A DNA stretch of 56,105 bases, the filler included, from Bipalium vagum (Eukaryota): assembly GCA_037834085.1 (NCBI GenBank). It is 3 parts of 3 records of this genome, joined end to end, with 100 filler letters (N's around TTAATTAATTAA, not from the genome) between each part and the next. Parts side by side here need not be neighbours in the genome. Positions count along the whole stretch, not along the records: positions 18,219 to 40,444 come from JBBMKC010225221.1; 2 more parts are not named here. The stretch is one strand, 5' to 3'. The position numbers and the translations under genes were made by a program. The first letter of the stretch is position 1. Each line of letters opens with the position of its first letter. Positions 25,201 through 38,094 of this stretch are shown here, one piece after another. The notes beneath the pieces are model-generated. The model worked only from the letters and a program-made list of their open reading frames with translations, was not told the origin of the DNA and did no database searches.

Positions 25201-28200
25201 AAATTTTTGTTACGTGTGTGTCTTATCTTTTTAAAGTTAAATGTCGAAAACGGAAATTTCTTTTGCACCAACTTAATATCTTGTCTAATCAAAATGTCTT
25301 TCAGATATCGTCTTTGTAGACATATCCAATGATCTTGATTATCGCTTAAAGAAACAGTTATTTCATGAAGATTTAAACATGGATGAGAGGAATGTATTAT
25401 TTCATGTAGTGCAAAAATTTGAAACATAATTCTTTATCATGTACCAATCACGATACGTAGGTGATGAAGCATTTGAATATTGTATCGATACATTTAAAGG
25501 TTAGATCTCAAAACGTTATACACTGTTTTAAAACTGCATTCAATTACTCTACCAGCATTTCCAGCAGATTTTATATGACGCTCTTCACAATGCTGAGAAA
25601 TGTTGTCAACTTTTTATCATCAATTAATGGTCTTCCAAGCTTCCAATATTGCCAAGTTTTATAAAAATTTTGTAAAGATCTTAATTATGTTCCTCAATGT
25701 TAGTATATTCAGCTTCCTTAAATGTCGTCTTATTGGTGTCGTTGGATTTATCTGAGCCACCTGCAATCCGATTTTATCTCGTTCTTCAATTGACAACATT
25801 ATCCGAAATTGAATTTAATGTATCCAAATCTTATTATATTAACATATAAAATCAATTAAACACTTACATAAATTTACATTAAACAAATCTTACATTACAA
25901 AACTTTTAAAAAAGTGTTTTGTATTGTTTTGATACTTACTTATTGCTCACCCTATGTAAACTTTACAATCTCTCATCTATATTTTCCCTTTGCTTATTAC
26001 CTTAGTAACCAACAGTTTTATAGAAAATACTTTTCTATAAAAAATTATTACAGATCTGATTTGAAACAACAAAGATCCTATTCTTTTGATGCAATTAAAA
26101 GAAAAATTGGTTCAATTTACTATTTTCCCCGTATACTTGCAAATGTGAATAATTTGTTGAATTGCTAACAATAAGCCTATTGCAAATACCTGGTGAAATC
26201 CATCACAGTTCTCAAGACCTCATTATCAATTTTTAAAAATCTCTCAGGAATATTTCCGTTCTTTAAACTGTAGTTCTTGGAATTATGTGTCATTGACAGT
26301 ATCTTGTGAAACCTTCATAAAATATTTTAAAAATTAATTAATACATTTAAAAACTTAAATTAATTAATTAGATTAGATTAATTAACGAATTAAAGAAATA
26401 TTTTGAAGATTTAAATCAAAATAACGTGTTTTCTTTATTTCTTTTAATAAAAATAACAAAAGATGATAAAATGAATAAAAGCATTTTAAAAGTAGATAAT
26501 TTTCACTTGCACAATAATTTATTTATTACATGAATTTAATTGCTTAATAATGTGATTTTTGAGCCAAGGAATAAGTAATATCGTATTTTGATAATATATT
26601 ATATATTTATAAAAGTCTTCATTTGTGTTTGACTTTTAGCTAAAAAACGCTACGAACTTATGTTACAACCTAATAGTTGTGATATTCAATGAAAACAAAT
26701 TGTCATACATTTATTACTTCCTGATATTAATTAATTAATAATAATAATTAATGAAATTGTAAATTAATTGTTTAACGAAGAGATGAAATCATCAGTAACA
26801 ATATATTACAATATTGACACTTTTATTAATAAAACAGAACTGGAAAGTTTTTTTATATGTATATGGTCGACAATCCACTTAGTACTATTACCAAGCCGTT
26901 ACCTTTATCAAGATTTAATAAATAATTCAAAATAGTTTGTCTATAAGCATGTAGTGATGTATCAAGCTAATGTGGGATTTGGTAGAGTCTTTTTGGTAAA
27001 TAAAATGGCTCCAATTGTTTTATATATAAATATATATATTTCTGATACATTCCACTATATATATATAATATCATTTAATGAGAAAATTTCATCAGGAGAC
27101 TTGTGTTTAGACAACTAATTTTTCTCTACCAACTGAAATTCATAAAACATTGATTAATTGATATTAAATCGCCATTATTAAAGGGTCACATTTAAACAAG
27201 GTAAACTAAGATTTGAATTTTTCGATAAAACCCTTTGTTAAATTTATTTATTATTAAAAATAAGATTTAATTTTAAGATTTTTGATTTCATTTAATATTA
27301 ATTATTTTTTATAATTATTATTAACATTATATTTATTACTATTAATAGATATTCTTTTTGCAAAAAGAAACTTACTAATCGACTTAATCTCAATGATTTC
27401 TGGTTACTTTCCTGAAAGAAAAATTTGATCAATATTTAATAATTTTAAAAGTAAATATTAAAATTTGTATAATTTAATTTGCAAATAATGCATTTTTCAA
27501 TTTATAAATTAACAAATGAGATAATAGTTTTTAAATAAGTAAAATTTACATCTATCTCATCTATCAATATAATCTTAAACTTAATAATCATTTAATAATA
27601 ATAATATTATTATTATTTATTATTATGGGATAGTTTATTATAAACTTAATTCGTAAGCAAAAAGTAATAGTTTAACCTGGAAGAAATACATTAATCTTAA
27701 AAAAATCGTTTTTGTAAATTAAAAACATTCAAAAAAATAACTTTTTTATTTTAATAAACGAATTAAGTGGATAATGAATTCATTATTTTTATGAAAATAA
27801 TATCATAATCTCAAAATATATTTTTATATTTTTAAATTTGAAATTAGTGTATCAAACTTTAAACCTGACTCCAACTCCTAGATGGTGCAAAAATAACAAC
27901 AATCAGTAAGGCAATAACTTGTATTTATATCACAATTAAACACACTGATAACAATTTCACAAGGTGGCAAACTCAACAAAAAGGTAATTGTCTTAGAAAT
28001 TGTTCAATAAAATCGAGTCAATTAATTAAAACAAAAAATACTTAAATTTAATGAAAATCAATAATCAACCTTGAATAGTAATTAATATCAAATAATGTTA
28101 AAACAAAAATAATTTTAAAAATAAAACAATCTTATGGGTTAGCTTCGTTCAAGCTTCCCAGACTATCAGCTGAGCCTTAACAGTTGCTCAGAGAAAGCCC

Positions 28201-31200
28201 TCTGGTGGGGAACTTAAACACAATCCCAGGACTGAACACATTAAGAATATACTTGTAAAGTTTCCGGATAACTGTCTAGTATACTTTGCAATAGTCAGCT
28301 TCTTGTTTCCTTCCAAATGAATAATAATCTTCAATCCTTCTGATAATCAGTAATCTACTTCTCGAAAGTTTCTCCAACATAATAAGTAACTCTTCTGAAA
28401 CTAGTAACTTCTAGTAACTAGTAACGTTTTCAAAACCAATAATAATAACAGTCTTCAACTCTAATTCTTGAATACTTCTTGTTGGACAAAATTATGGAGA
28501 AATCCTTCTCCTTACGATTAATCAGTCGAATACCAGTTTTATTAATGAGGAATATCAATTCCCCTTTTGAATCATTAATTCTAAATCGGTCCCTCCTTGC
28601 GGACACTGATGTTATCTTGGCAATTTAGCTTTGCCGTTGTCAAGATTAGACACTTTGGAAAATAATAAATTACTTTTTTCTTTTATCAATATTCTAATTA
28701 ACTTTTACTTAGTTAAAATTATTATTTAATTATTATGTTTAGTATTATTATTATGAATATTATTATTCTTATTATTTTGTGCACAATTTCACAATTTTTA
28801 TCCGTGAATGGTTGATATTTTAGGTAAACCCAACAATATATAATTTTTGAATTATTTATAATTATACTTTTATCAATAATAATAAAATAATGAAATTATT
28901 AAATAAAAAATAAGATTAGAAAATAAATAAATAATAGAAAAAATAAAATTTAATATATTACCAAAATATAAAAACAATAATTCATTACAATAATATTTAC
29001 CAAAATTATTTTTTAAAAATTTTAAGTAAATATAATTAATTATATTGTTCTGAAAAATCTGTCAATGCCTTAGGATCAAAGATTAATATTTATAAACAAT
29101 AAAACGTATATTTAGGTTGCCTGTAAAGTCTTATTAATCAATTTTTTACGTTTATGAGTGTAATAAATCTTACTTTTTATTGTCTTAGACTAATATTAAT
29201 TTTGCATTACAAATTTGTGTTACTTCTTTAATTTTGTGTGGCGAAAACGAAAAATTTTTTTACGGAATTTTTACAGCATTACTTCAAGAAAGGTGAAAAA
29301 GCTTTAGAGACATCGAAAACTATGCAATTAAAAAATATGTCGTAAAAATAAATAAATCGTTCTTTAATTATAAAAGATTTTGAAATTTAAAATTGTATAG
29401 TGACTTATTAAACGCACGGTATAATGTCATATATATTTCAGTTTTTTGAAAGAAGTTAATTATAATTTTTCAAAAATAATTAAAAGTAATGATGATTCGT
29501 CAAAAATTCGCTCAAATGTTTTTATTGATTTTTAAAATTTATTTAAAGAATTAAAGATAAAGATCCTACGTTTAATTGCTTTAATTGATTATTATTACAT
29601 ATTGTTCCCCAGGAACTAATTCCAATAAGAGATACTTGTTCCTTCATATCTTCATGTTGTAGTCGAAATTCACTGATGGTTTGACCAACTAATTTATGAA
29701 TGCCTATGTTGACTCCTCCTCCTATAACCCATGTTTCTAAACCGAAAATTGAGATATTAATCAAATCTTAATATAATTAATTATTTCCTGCTTAAAATGT
29801 ACTGTAATTATTTTTATAATCTTTTATTTTTCTAAAACTTAGCCAGGTTCAATAAGGTAAACTGGCAATTATATAAATAATATTAAAAATTTAATAGTTT
29901 AAAAAATTTATATCTTTTTATATATAAATATTTTTCTCCTTTTTGACACACACCAAGGCATCGTACATTCAATCAAAAAAATAATTTTTTGAACAAAGAA
30001 ACCGATGCCAATACCCAGCGAATCTGGGGAACTTAAAAAATGAAGACAAAATGTTTGAAGGGAATATATGAAATGGTTCTGGAGTCTTACCTAGAATAAT
30101 GGACTTGGAAGCAAAATTTTCTAAAAAAGATCCCAACGCCAAATTTGATTTATTAAATAAATTTGATTGATGAATTGTTTGTATTGTTTTTTTAACTGTC
30201 TTTCTATTGGTTTGATTCATTTTTTATGTTTAAAAAGTAATTGTTCTTTATATAGGTTAGATTTATTTTTAAAATATTTTTTGGATTGGAAAATGAACAT
30301 GCTTAGTTGTGATGGGTTGAAAGCGAAACATGATCCAGAGACACTTTAATTTTATTTTAAAAATGAAATTAGTAAATAATTTCAAAAATAGTTGGGTCAT
30401 TCCTCAAGTTTTAATTAGATTAAAAACATTCACAAAATCGATTGACAAGCTTAAATTACTTTGGAATAGTAACGAGTAGAACGAGTGCAAAAGGTTAACA
30501 GAATGAGAAAATATATATAATATACTTTTAAAAAACTTCATTTTTCAAAAACAAATTTTCTCTAACAAAATAGGGAAATTCGTGCAATGTTATCCAATTT
30601 TTTATTTCAAAAAATTAGAACCACATTCTCATTATCTTATGTAAATTTGTCTTAAATATAATTTATATCGTGATAATTTTCTTTTTGTGTGTCTACTAAA
30701 ATTTATGTGCCCTTAACGAATGGATTAGTGGAATAATAATATAAAAAATTTGCCAATCAGCCATGGTTTCATAATAATTCAGAATTTCTGTATGTAGGAA
30801 ATAATGTCAATCATTTCTTGTCATGGATGTGTTTGATAAGGTTAAAAAATTAAGTTTTCTGCAGAACTTTCCATACGATCAACCGAATTCTTAATTCAAA
30901 TAATATTATTTTTGTTTTAAATCAGTACTGTATTTTCTTTTTCTTTTTAATGATATTTAACTCAGGTTTCATTTTAAAAATAATTAATAAAATTTGAATT
31001 GTAAACATTAAAATTTTTCTCCTTTTATAGCATTAAAACATATCTTTCTGGTTAGGAGATTTTTTTCGATACAAGTATCAGTTGTTTTTAATATATAATT
31101 ATTGAATTAATAAATGGTTTCAGCTCCAACATTTTCTTTTGTAAATATAAAACCAAGTGATTAATAATTTGTTTTAATCTTTTATTAAGAGGTTAATATT

Positions 31201-34200
31201 TAAACAAATTAGATTTTTTATTTTTTTTAAAACTTTAACTGCTAATTTAATTTTAATATCTTTACAGAAAGTATTAGGGGAAACTACATTTATCACTGAT
31301 ACAATTTATATTAGGCCACATTAAAGTATATACTCACGATCCTTTTTGATGATATCAATCAATCCTTGTTTGAAATTCTTTTTATGTAGTTTAGAAACAA
31401 ATTTCATTCTTTTCAGTCCTCCGTTTATTGAAATTATCAGCTTTGGTAATTTAGTCTTCCACGGGTCTTTCTCCGTAAGCAATTGGAAAACAGACTCACA
31501 CGTTGTTTGACAATCTTCCAAACAATCGAAAGCAATGAACTGAAATGTTATTTTATAACACTATATAATCAAATATATTTATTTATTATAATTATAATTT
31601 TTGTCTTTCGCTATATATGGAAATAATTTTATTTAAAATAAATAATTAAAAAATTCCAGAGGTCTGATTAGCCTCCTCATAACATACAAAGACGATAGAA
31701 AACTGTGTGATTTATATGAAGTTGGTGCCTATCAAAAGACACGTCCGAAATCATTTACTAACTAAACGATGTTTCCCATTCCTAAGACCCAGTTGAGATC
31801 TAAAACCAATCATCAAACAGAATCCATGACACACGACTAAGAAAATGATAAGATACTAAATATTTATCATGCAACCGTACAAATTATCTGAGTACACTGG
31901 AACTTGTTACACGAATGAATTTTTGATTACCACATACATCGAAACTTATTTATTGATACATATTTTCCGAAAGAATCTGTAGATTCATTTATCTATATGC
32001 ATTTAAAAGATTTTTTAGCATTTCTAGTGTAATTTATAGTGACAAGATAAATATTAGTAACATACTTCGATCACAATGTAGTTTCTGAAGGAAAATTGAC
32101 TTTTGTATATTTCTTAAAAATTGTTGTAAAAAGTTCCGTAATTTGAAAAATCAAATAAATGCTGCAATAAATGTCCCACATAAATCCTTAGCAAATTGAA
32201 ATTCTTTAGAGATAGCATTTACCGGATTTTTATATTTTCAAAACTCCTTTTTGTGATGATCTTCACTTTCTAATTTGCAAGTGTTTCATGGACCTTAAAT
32301 GTTGTATTACTAAACACAACTCTCAGCAGAAACTGATTTACTGCAAATTTTACAATAGAGAATTTTACCATCAGTTTGTAATTCTGGATATTTTCATGCA
32401 ATCATTTAATTTGCCTTTTTTGACATTTCTATTAAAAATAAGAAATAATATGGCAGTTATCGTATTTTCAAGTAGATACCTACAAAGATCTTCGTTTTTT
32501 GTGAAAATCTAGGTGCGCAATATAATACAGAGTTGTGATTATTATTAAAATTTTTATTAAATTAAAATTCATTCTCTAAACACATCATCATCATCACCAG
32601 ATGAAATAAATTATAAATATTTCAACGATCTTCTGGTTAATTAGGTACTTCTTGTCTATCTTCATCCAGTCCAATCTCAGAAATCAATTCTTTTCCAAAT
32701 ACATTAAGCCCATTAATAACACATGATTTTTCTACTTCCTATCAACTATCAGCAATCCAGTTACATATGCCACTATAGCTGATTCTTTTTGTCCTACCAC
32801 TTTTAATATATTCATGTGCTTCTGCGATCATTCAATCTTCCCATCTCCTCCGCATTTTTTCTTTAAATGATCTATTTATAGTGACATCAAGTGGCTGAAA
32901 CTTTTTCGTTAAACCACCAAGTATAATAACTAGTTTAGAATAATTTCTAATAAGCCTCTTAATTTCACTTGTTGTATGAGCCTTACAAGAATCCATAATA
33001 ATTAAAGATTTGGAATTGTAAAAAAATTTGTTATTTCTTTTCCTCCAAACTTTATTCAACTTTTCATTACCTCTCGATTAATCCATCCTTTGGAATTACA
33101 TTGCACAATGATGTTACTAGAGAATTTCTCTTTGGGTATATTTTTCTTCTTAAAAATCACCATTTGTGGAACTTTCGGACCATCGAATGTTATTGCTAAG
33201 GCAACTGTAAAATTTTTTTTGTGTTCAGTTGTAGCAATTGTGATCTCCTTTGCGGCTTTTAAATTAACCGCTCTTGACTTGGAAGTCAAAACTAATTGGC
33301 ACTTCTTCCATGTTTCTTATGCTATACAATTCTGTATCATATGATTTATCAATAATAAATTTACGAAAATTTTCTAATTTTGCTGCCCAATGAATTGGAA
33401 GTTTTTAACCAATACTGGTTATGCATATGTTTGATAAATTATTTCTTTTCATGGAATTATAGCACCATGAAGGTTGTCCAACAAAATAAACTAAACCGAG
33501 ATCGTTTGCTAATATTTTTGCTTGTCGGATTATTCCGGTAGTAGAAACTCTTGAAAACGTATTCCTCATATCAACGACTCATTCTTTCAATTTGTGTAAT
33601 TTTTTCAAAAATTGATATTATTGAAACAATGTTAATTATTTTTTCGATAAATTTTTTTTGAATTCCTATTACACAACTAATGTGCGTTATCTGATTGTTT
33701 CTATTCGTTTTTAATCTTGCAGCAAAAATGTCCTATGCACTGGAACTTAACCTACCTTAACATACGGTACTTAAAATGAAATGAATTGAAATTATGGAAA
33801 TTTGAATTATTTAAAATTGGACTTTTTGAAATTATGTAATTTTCTGATTTAATAAATATTATTTAAACAAATATGAAAAATGAATGTAAATGAAATGTAC
33901 TTTAAATATATAAATATGTAAATATACATTTTCAAGTGAAATATGCAAAAAATGCAAAGAATGGAATTTAATTTTTTTATATTTTTGGTTGCCCTAGTTA
34001 TTTGAATAAATGAGTTGTCATTTTTTAAATATTTTCATTTTTTGCAAAACCTTAACTATTCGGCATTAAAAATATAACTATTTATATTAACATTATTAAT
34101 TATTGTAATTACTAAAGAAAGAGATTATAAAATACTTTTTTGAACTGGCATCCGTTTTATTATTGAATATGAAAGGATATCTAACTGGCGACCGAAAATT

Positions 34201-35247
34201 TTTTATTGTCATTACGAGAATACAAGAAAGAAGCTTCGAGATGATTTACCAAAATAAGCAAAAGGGTTATTAAATTTTCAGACCCGTAAATTTATTTGAC
34301 AGAGGCCGTCAGAAGCAAAGTAAAGGATAAGAGAAATCGGCGAGTAGCTTAACATAAATGATTTATATTTCATCAGTGTCTTGGTCAGCTATCAGAAGAA
34401 GCTGCCACATTATGGAAAATTTTCAAAAAAGAAACTACTATGAAAGAAGAGACGAGAAATTCCTTCAAGGAAACATTTTTGGTAGAAAAATCATTTCTAA
34501 AATTGTTGTGAAGCTAACAGAATTTAACCAAAACGTGGATGACAGATTCTGAATTATCACTAGAAGAAATTGTTACATGTTTTCTGCTTAAAAAGACAAG
34601 AACCAATGAACTCAGAAGCACTAATGATGAAATCGGATATTAAAGTTGATATCGGAGGTTTCGCAAAATTTATGAAAATAGGGACCGGTTCAAATAAATA
34701 CTATGGGACATCGGAGTTATGCATAGATAATTCAGATTTAACTATTAATATAATAATTATTATTTCCAGGATTATAAATTAATTATTTTACAAAATTTTT
34801 TCTAACTTTTGGAAAATCTTTTTGTGGTATATAATCATAACCAGTAAAATTGATAAACCCATAAATATTACAAGGATTTAGAGTAGTATTGTTGTCATAT
34901 GACCATTCTTCTCCATTTTTAGATTTTTCCTTGTGATCAATTTCTGCTTTATTACAAACACAAGAGTCACCTCTAAAAATCTTTTTTTAAATAAAAAAAG
35001 AAAAAAGATTTTTACTCTTTTTTAAACTTATAACATATTCTATTTTTAAATTTTTTGAGTATAAATTCATTAGTACTATCCTAAAAGTACATAAAATATT
35101 TTAGAATAATAAAATCTGCTACTGGAAAGCTAAACCGGTCATTGAGAACAGCTATAAGAAAAATGTTATCTTCTTAAAATATTGGTAAAATGTACCTTCT
35201 GGAGAAGATTTATTATTCATTTCCGATAAAATCACATTGTCTATCAT
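19250..35247 (-). CDS. TRPM-like: Divergent TRPM-family cation channel, N-terminal MHR region only (13 exons, ~493 aa; 3' part not found)
   Basis: Phase-consistent GT-AG exons 35247-35196, 35151-35123, 35080-35016, 34972-34807, 31539-31338, 29736-29570, 27411-27376, 24675-24522, 22410-22257, 22208-22064, 22019-21950, 19536-19436, 19387-19250. TRPM motifs occur in order: FKNRIC..CVC..H..W, PKLIISINGG, WVIGGGVNIG..IGISSWG, FLFCDDGS..EIEFR, EGG..PLLVMKGSGRVAN, DKKILEAM, LKLCIRFNCPNIA, NKPEFVNLFLEN..FL..LY. The first two exons, the start codon and the 36-nt exon are less certain. Confidence 0.88.
23646..23717 (+). pseudogene. tRNA-Ala(CGC)-derived sequence inside LTR1; intact A and B boxes, broken anticodon stem
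   Basis: 72 nt. Acceptor GGGGACG/TGTCTTC, D stem GCTC/GAGC and T stem CCGGG-TTCGAAT-CCCGG all pair. The anticodon stem GTCCA/GTGAA pairs only 2 of 5 and position 33 is not U. Confidence 0.85.
23861..23911 (+). pseudogene. Second tRNA-Ala-derived copy in LTR2, with D-arm/A-box deleted
   Basis: Same sequence as the first copy minus cgtagctcagcggtaga (17 nt, GA microhomology); B box GGTTCGAATCC retained. Confidence 0.85.
24850..25276 (+). mobile_element. Mariner 3' fragment (cecropia/Hsmar1-like) with TIR
   Basis: GYEIQPHP(P)YSPALSPTDNHF and GINKLVSGWEKCVQSNGCYFN*; terminal aaacggaaatttcttttgcaccaacttaa then TA. Confidence 0.8.
27846..28654. repeat. Dispersed non-coding repeat, probable solo LTR (copy A)
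   Basis: Shares ttagtgtatcaaa..tgactccaactc.tag.tggtgcaaa..aacaatcagtaa and the ctgagcc.taac.gttgctca..ctg.tggggaa block with 54059-54750. Ends AGTGT...ACACT. No TSD found. Confidence 0.6.
32460..33767 (-). mobile_element. Decayed pogo/Tigger-family DNA transposon in a TRPM intron
   Basis: FTVALAITFDG.K...VIFK, NSKGWINREVM, LIIMDSCKAH and GGLTKKFQPLDVTINRSFK (DDE_1 motifs); ends TA-tcgtat...atacgg-TA. Confidence 0.85.
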
Positions 35248-35999
35248 CACTAAATTTAGTAAATAAAGAATATGAAATCCAATTAAATAACCGCCAAGGT
35301 TACAAAATGTAACATACTTAATTTAAATAACAAGTAACCAGAACCATTTTAAATTAATAAATATTCTTCATTTTATTATAAAATTTTTGAATTTATATTT
35401 TTTATAATTTTTTCTCTTAATTTTTAGTTACCATAGCTTAATGAACTTAATTAAGTTTTACACTCAAATAGAAGTTATAAATGTTGTAATAATAAAAATA
35501 AAGATATGGTATGCATAATAATAATTATGCTATATTTAATATTTTAAAGCTTCATGTTATACTTTATAAATATTCCATAATATATTATTATTTAAATTTC
35601 AACATCTTCAAAAATGATTTTAATTAGTTTTGCAAATATTATATATTACTTTTACATTATTATCATAATTATATTTTTACACAGATAAAACTCGGTATTA
35701 TTCAGTCTATTTTAATTCTGTCATTATCCGAGATCGAATATCAAAATATATTATTGTCTCACCCGCTTAATATCACTCGCTTATTGTCATATCACGTAAA
35801 AATGAAAAAAAATGCTTTAACCCATTGAAATAATAAAATGTTATCCCTTTAAAGTCATAACATGTTTTATAATACCTCGATTTTATAAACAATTTCTGTT
35901 AAATATCTTTTTTGGAATTTTATTTTAAAGCAATATTAATAGAAATAACCACTTAATATTAAAAATTATAAGTTTAAAATATGTTTTAATAATAGTAAC

Positions 36000-36455
36000 A
36001 TTTCAAGAAACCACAAATGGGCAAATCTATCATGGCTTGTCCAGGGATTACAAAGATTGAAAAGCTGAAAATATCTCGATACCTCAAGAAGTTAATCTCA
36101 ACAAAATCTCACTTCTAATTGATTCTGGAGAAAAAGTGAAATGAATCTCATGGATTTTAGTATTTGGAATGTGTTACAGTGTAGACGTCAGTTCATGAAG
36201 TTCTTCTTCAGAAACAAACGAAATATTCGTATCACTCAATCCAAATAACTTTATATCATGTTTAAAATTTGTTCGATGTTTTCTTGGTAACACAGCAGAT
36301 ACACTTGAGTCTATTCTGTGGTCAGATGAAAGTTATTTTAACTTATCAGGTTTTTTAATAATGTCATTATTTGATCTAATGGGAACCCGATGATTATATT
36401 CACCAAACCACATTACCTTTCCAAAGCCTATATTTTGATTGGCTTTACATAGATA
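36000..36455 (+). mobile_element. Tc1/mariner (DD41D-like) fragment
   Basis: ILWSDESYFNLSG plus upstream helix-turn-helix-like remnants; boundaries approximate. Confidence 0.55.
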
Positions 36456-36459
36456 TTAA

Positions 36460-37400
36460 TGCTTATAATATCAGCCCTTCTCGTTTTATTGAAGAACTGA
36501 ATACTTCTACTAATCATTTCCCGTAATTCATTGCTGAACTGGTTCCCGATATAGATATGATCCGATAGCATTTTTCAAATGTTCTAGACAATATTCAAGT
36601 CTGGACTTCTTGGTGGCCACTGTTCCGTTCATTTATAAAATTCTGAATTACTTTTGTACGATGAACCAGAGCATTATCTTGTTGTATCAAAAAGTTTGGC
36701 CCAAGATTAGCATTTGCTATTCTTATTAAACGTTCTGAAAGGAATTCTTTATAATCTATTGATTTCATGTTTCCTCTTACAAATCTGAAACCCAAAAGAC
36801 CGTTCGACATGCAATAAAGTCAGATCATTAATGACCCTCCACGGCTATGTCTTCTTTGTCTTATTAACTTGCTTCTTTTTTTGATATATGACATCCATTG
36901 ATTTTGACCATCTATGGAGAAGCATTTTTCATCACTAAATACAACATCTTCCCATTTTATGTTCATCTCTATCCATGTAGATATAATATTCATCCTAAAT
37001 ACCTTATCCTTTATGGAAAATTTAATTTCCTTGGAAGCTTTGGAATATTTCATGTCCCTTCTTATTAAATATCGCCTTAAAGTTCTAGTGGAGCACATTA
37101 AACCACATTCTCTTTTCAATATTGTTGAATCCACGTTTTCATTTTTTGATTTTTTGTGTGAATTATCTTATTTATGCTCCATCTATGTCTGTATGACAAT
37201 ACTGACATGGATCCTGGTCTCTTTTTAAATGGTTTTTGTTTATATCTGCATAGACTTGGGGCTGCATATCTAGTGATGCCTAGTAATCGACCTTTTTCGG
37301 TGTAAGTGAGACTCTCCTTTCTCCATCTTTGACTTAATAACCTTTCATTTTGTGATTGCATATTTTAGCTAAAATATATAAAAATAATGTTAACTAAAAA
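36460..37400 (-). mobile_element. Decayed Tc1/Tc3-like transposase
   Basis: ORF pieces WEDVVFSDEKCFSIDG...RRHSRGGSLMI and FLIQQDNALVH, split by frameshifts. Confidence 0.85.
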
Positions 37401-38094
37401 ACCAATTATAACGAGCAACATTGACACGTATTAATAGTATTCGGGGTTACAGTTGCAGTAGTCGTAATACGAATATTAGTTCTCGTAGCGAAATAGCAGA
37501 AACAGCAGCATAAATGAATCTTTCCACTTATAATTGAAGAAAGCAAACTTGACAAGTTGGTCTTTGATTGATATTTTGATATTGTGATATTTTCCTCATC
37601 AGAAAATTCAACTTGTGTAGTTTTCTACATACCAACCGATATATCAGTATACCGCGACTCTCTATCTCGCTCTCTTTATCTTTTGTGGTAGTAGTTGTGC
37701 TTGTAAGTGTATGCATCAGTCTGTCAAATACATTCCAACGCTTCTCATCTGGTCATTTGAATGTACCAGCCACTAGCATCTTCTTTGCACCTCCCACTCA
37801 TCTCATTTTCTTCACTTTCAAGTACTCATATTCAAGCTCACCATGCAGCAAGCACGTGGCAAAAGTAACACAATTATGAATATCAATCATTAAAAGACAA
37901 TAAAAAAAATCAGCATTTCTTTTATGAAACACTAACCATCTTCATCGGGTTTTTTGATGTGTTCAACTCGTTTAAGATCATCTTTGATATCATATTTTGG
38001 TTTCATCTTTCCGAAGGTCTCGTCAGCCGCTTCAGCTCTTCTTCGCCAGTCATCGGTAGAAGATTGGAAAGGTTTAAAAAGAAAATAAAGAAAT

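Noticed and set aside
26190-26312. Possible extra TRPM exon
   Set aside because: Its open frame is not phase-compatible with the flanking phase-0 exons and has no TRPM similarity.
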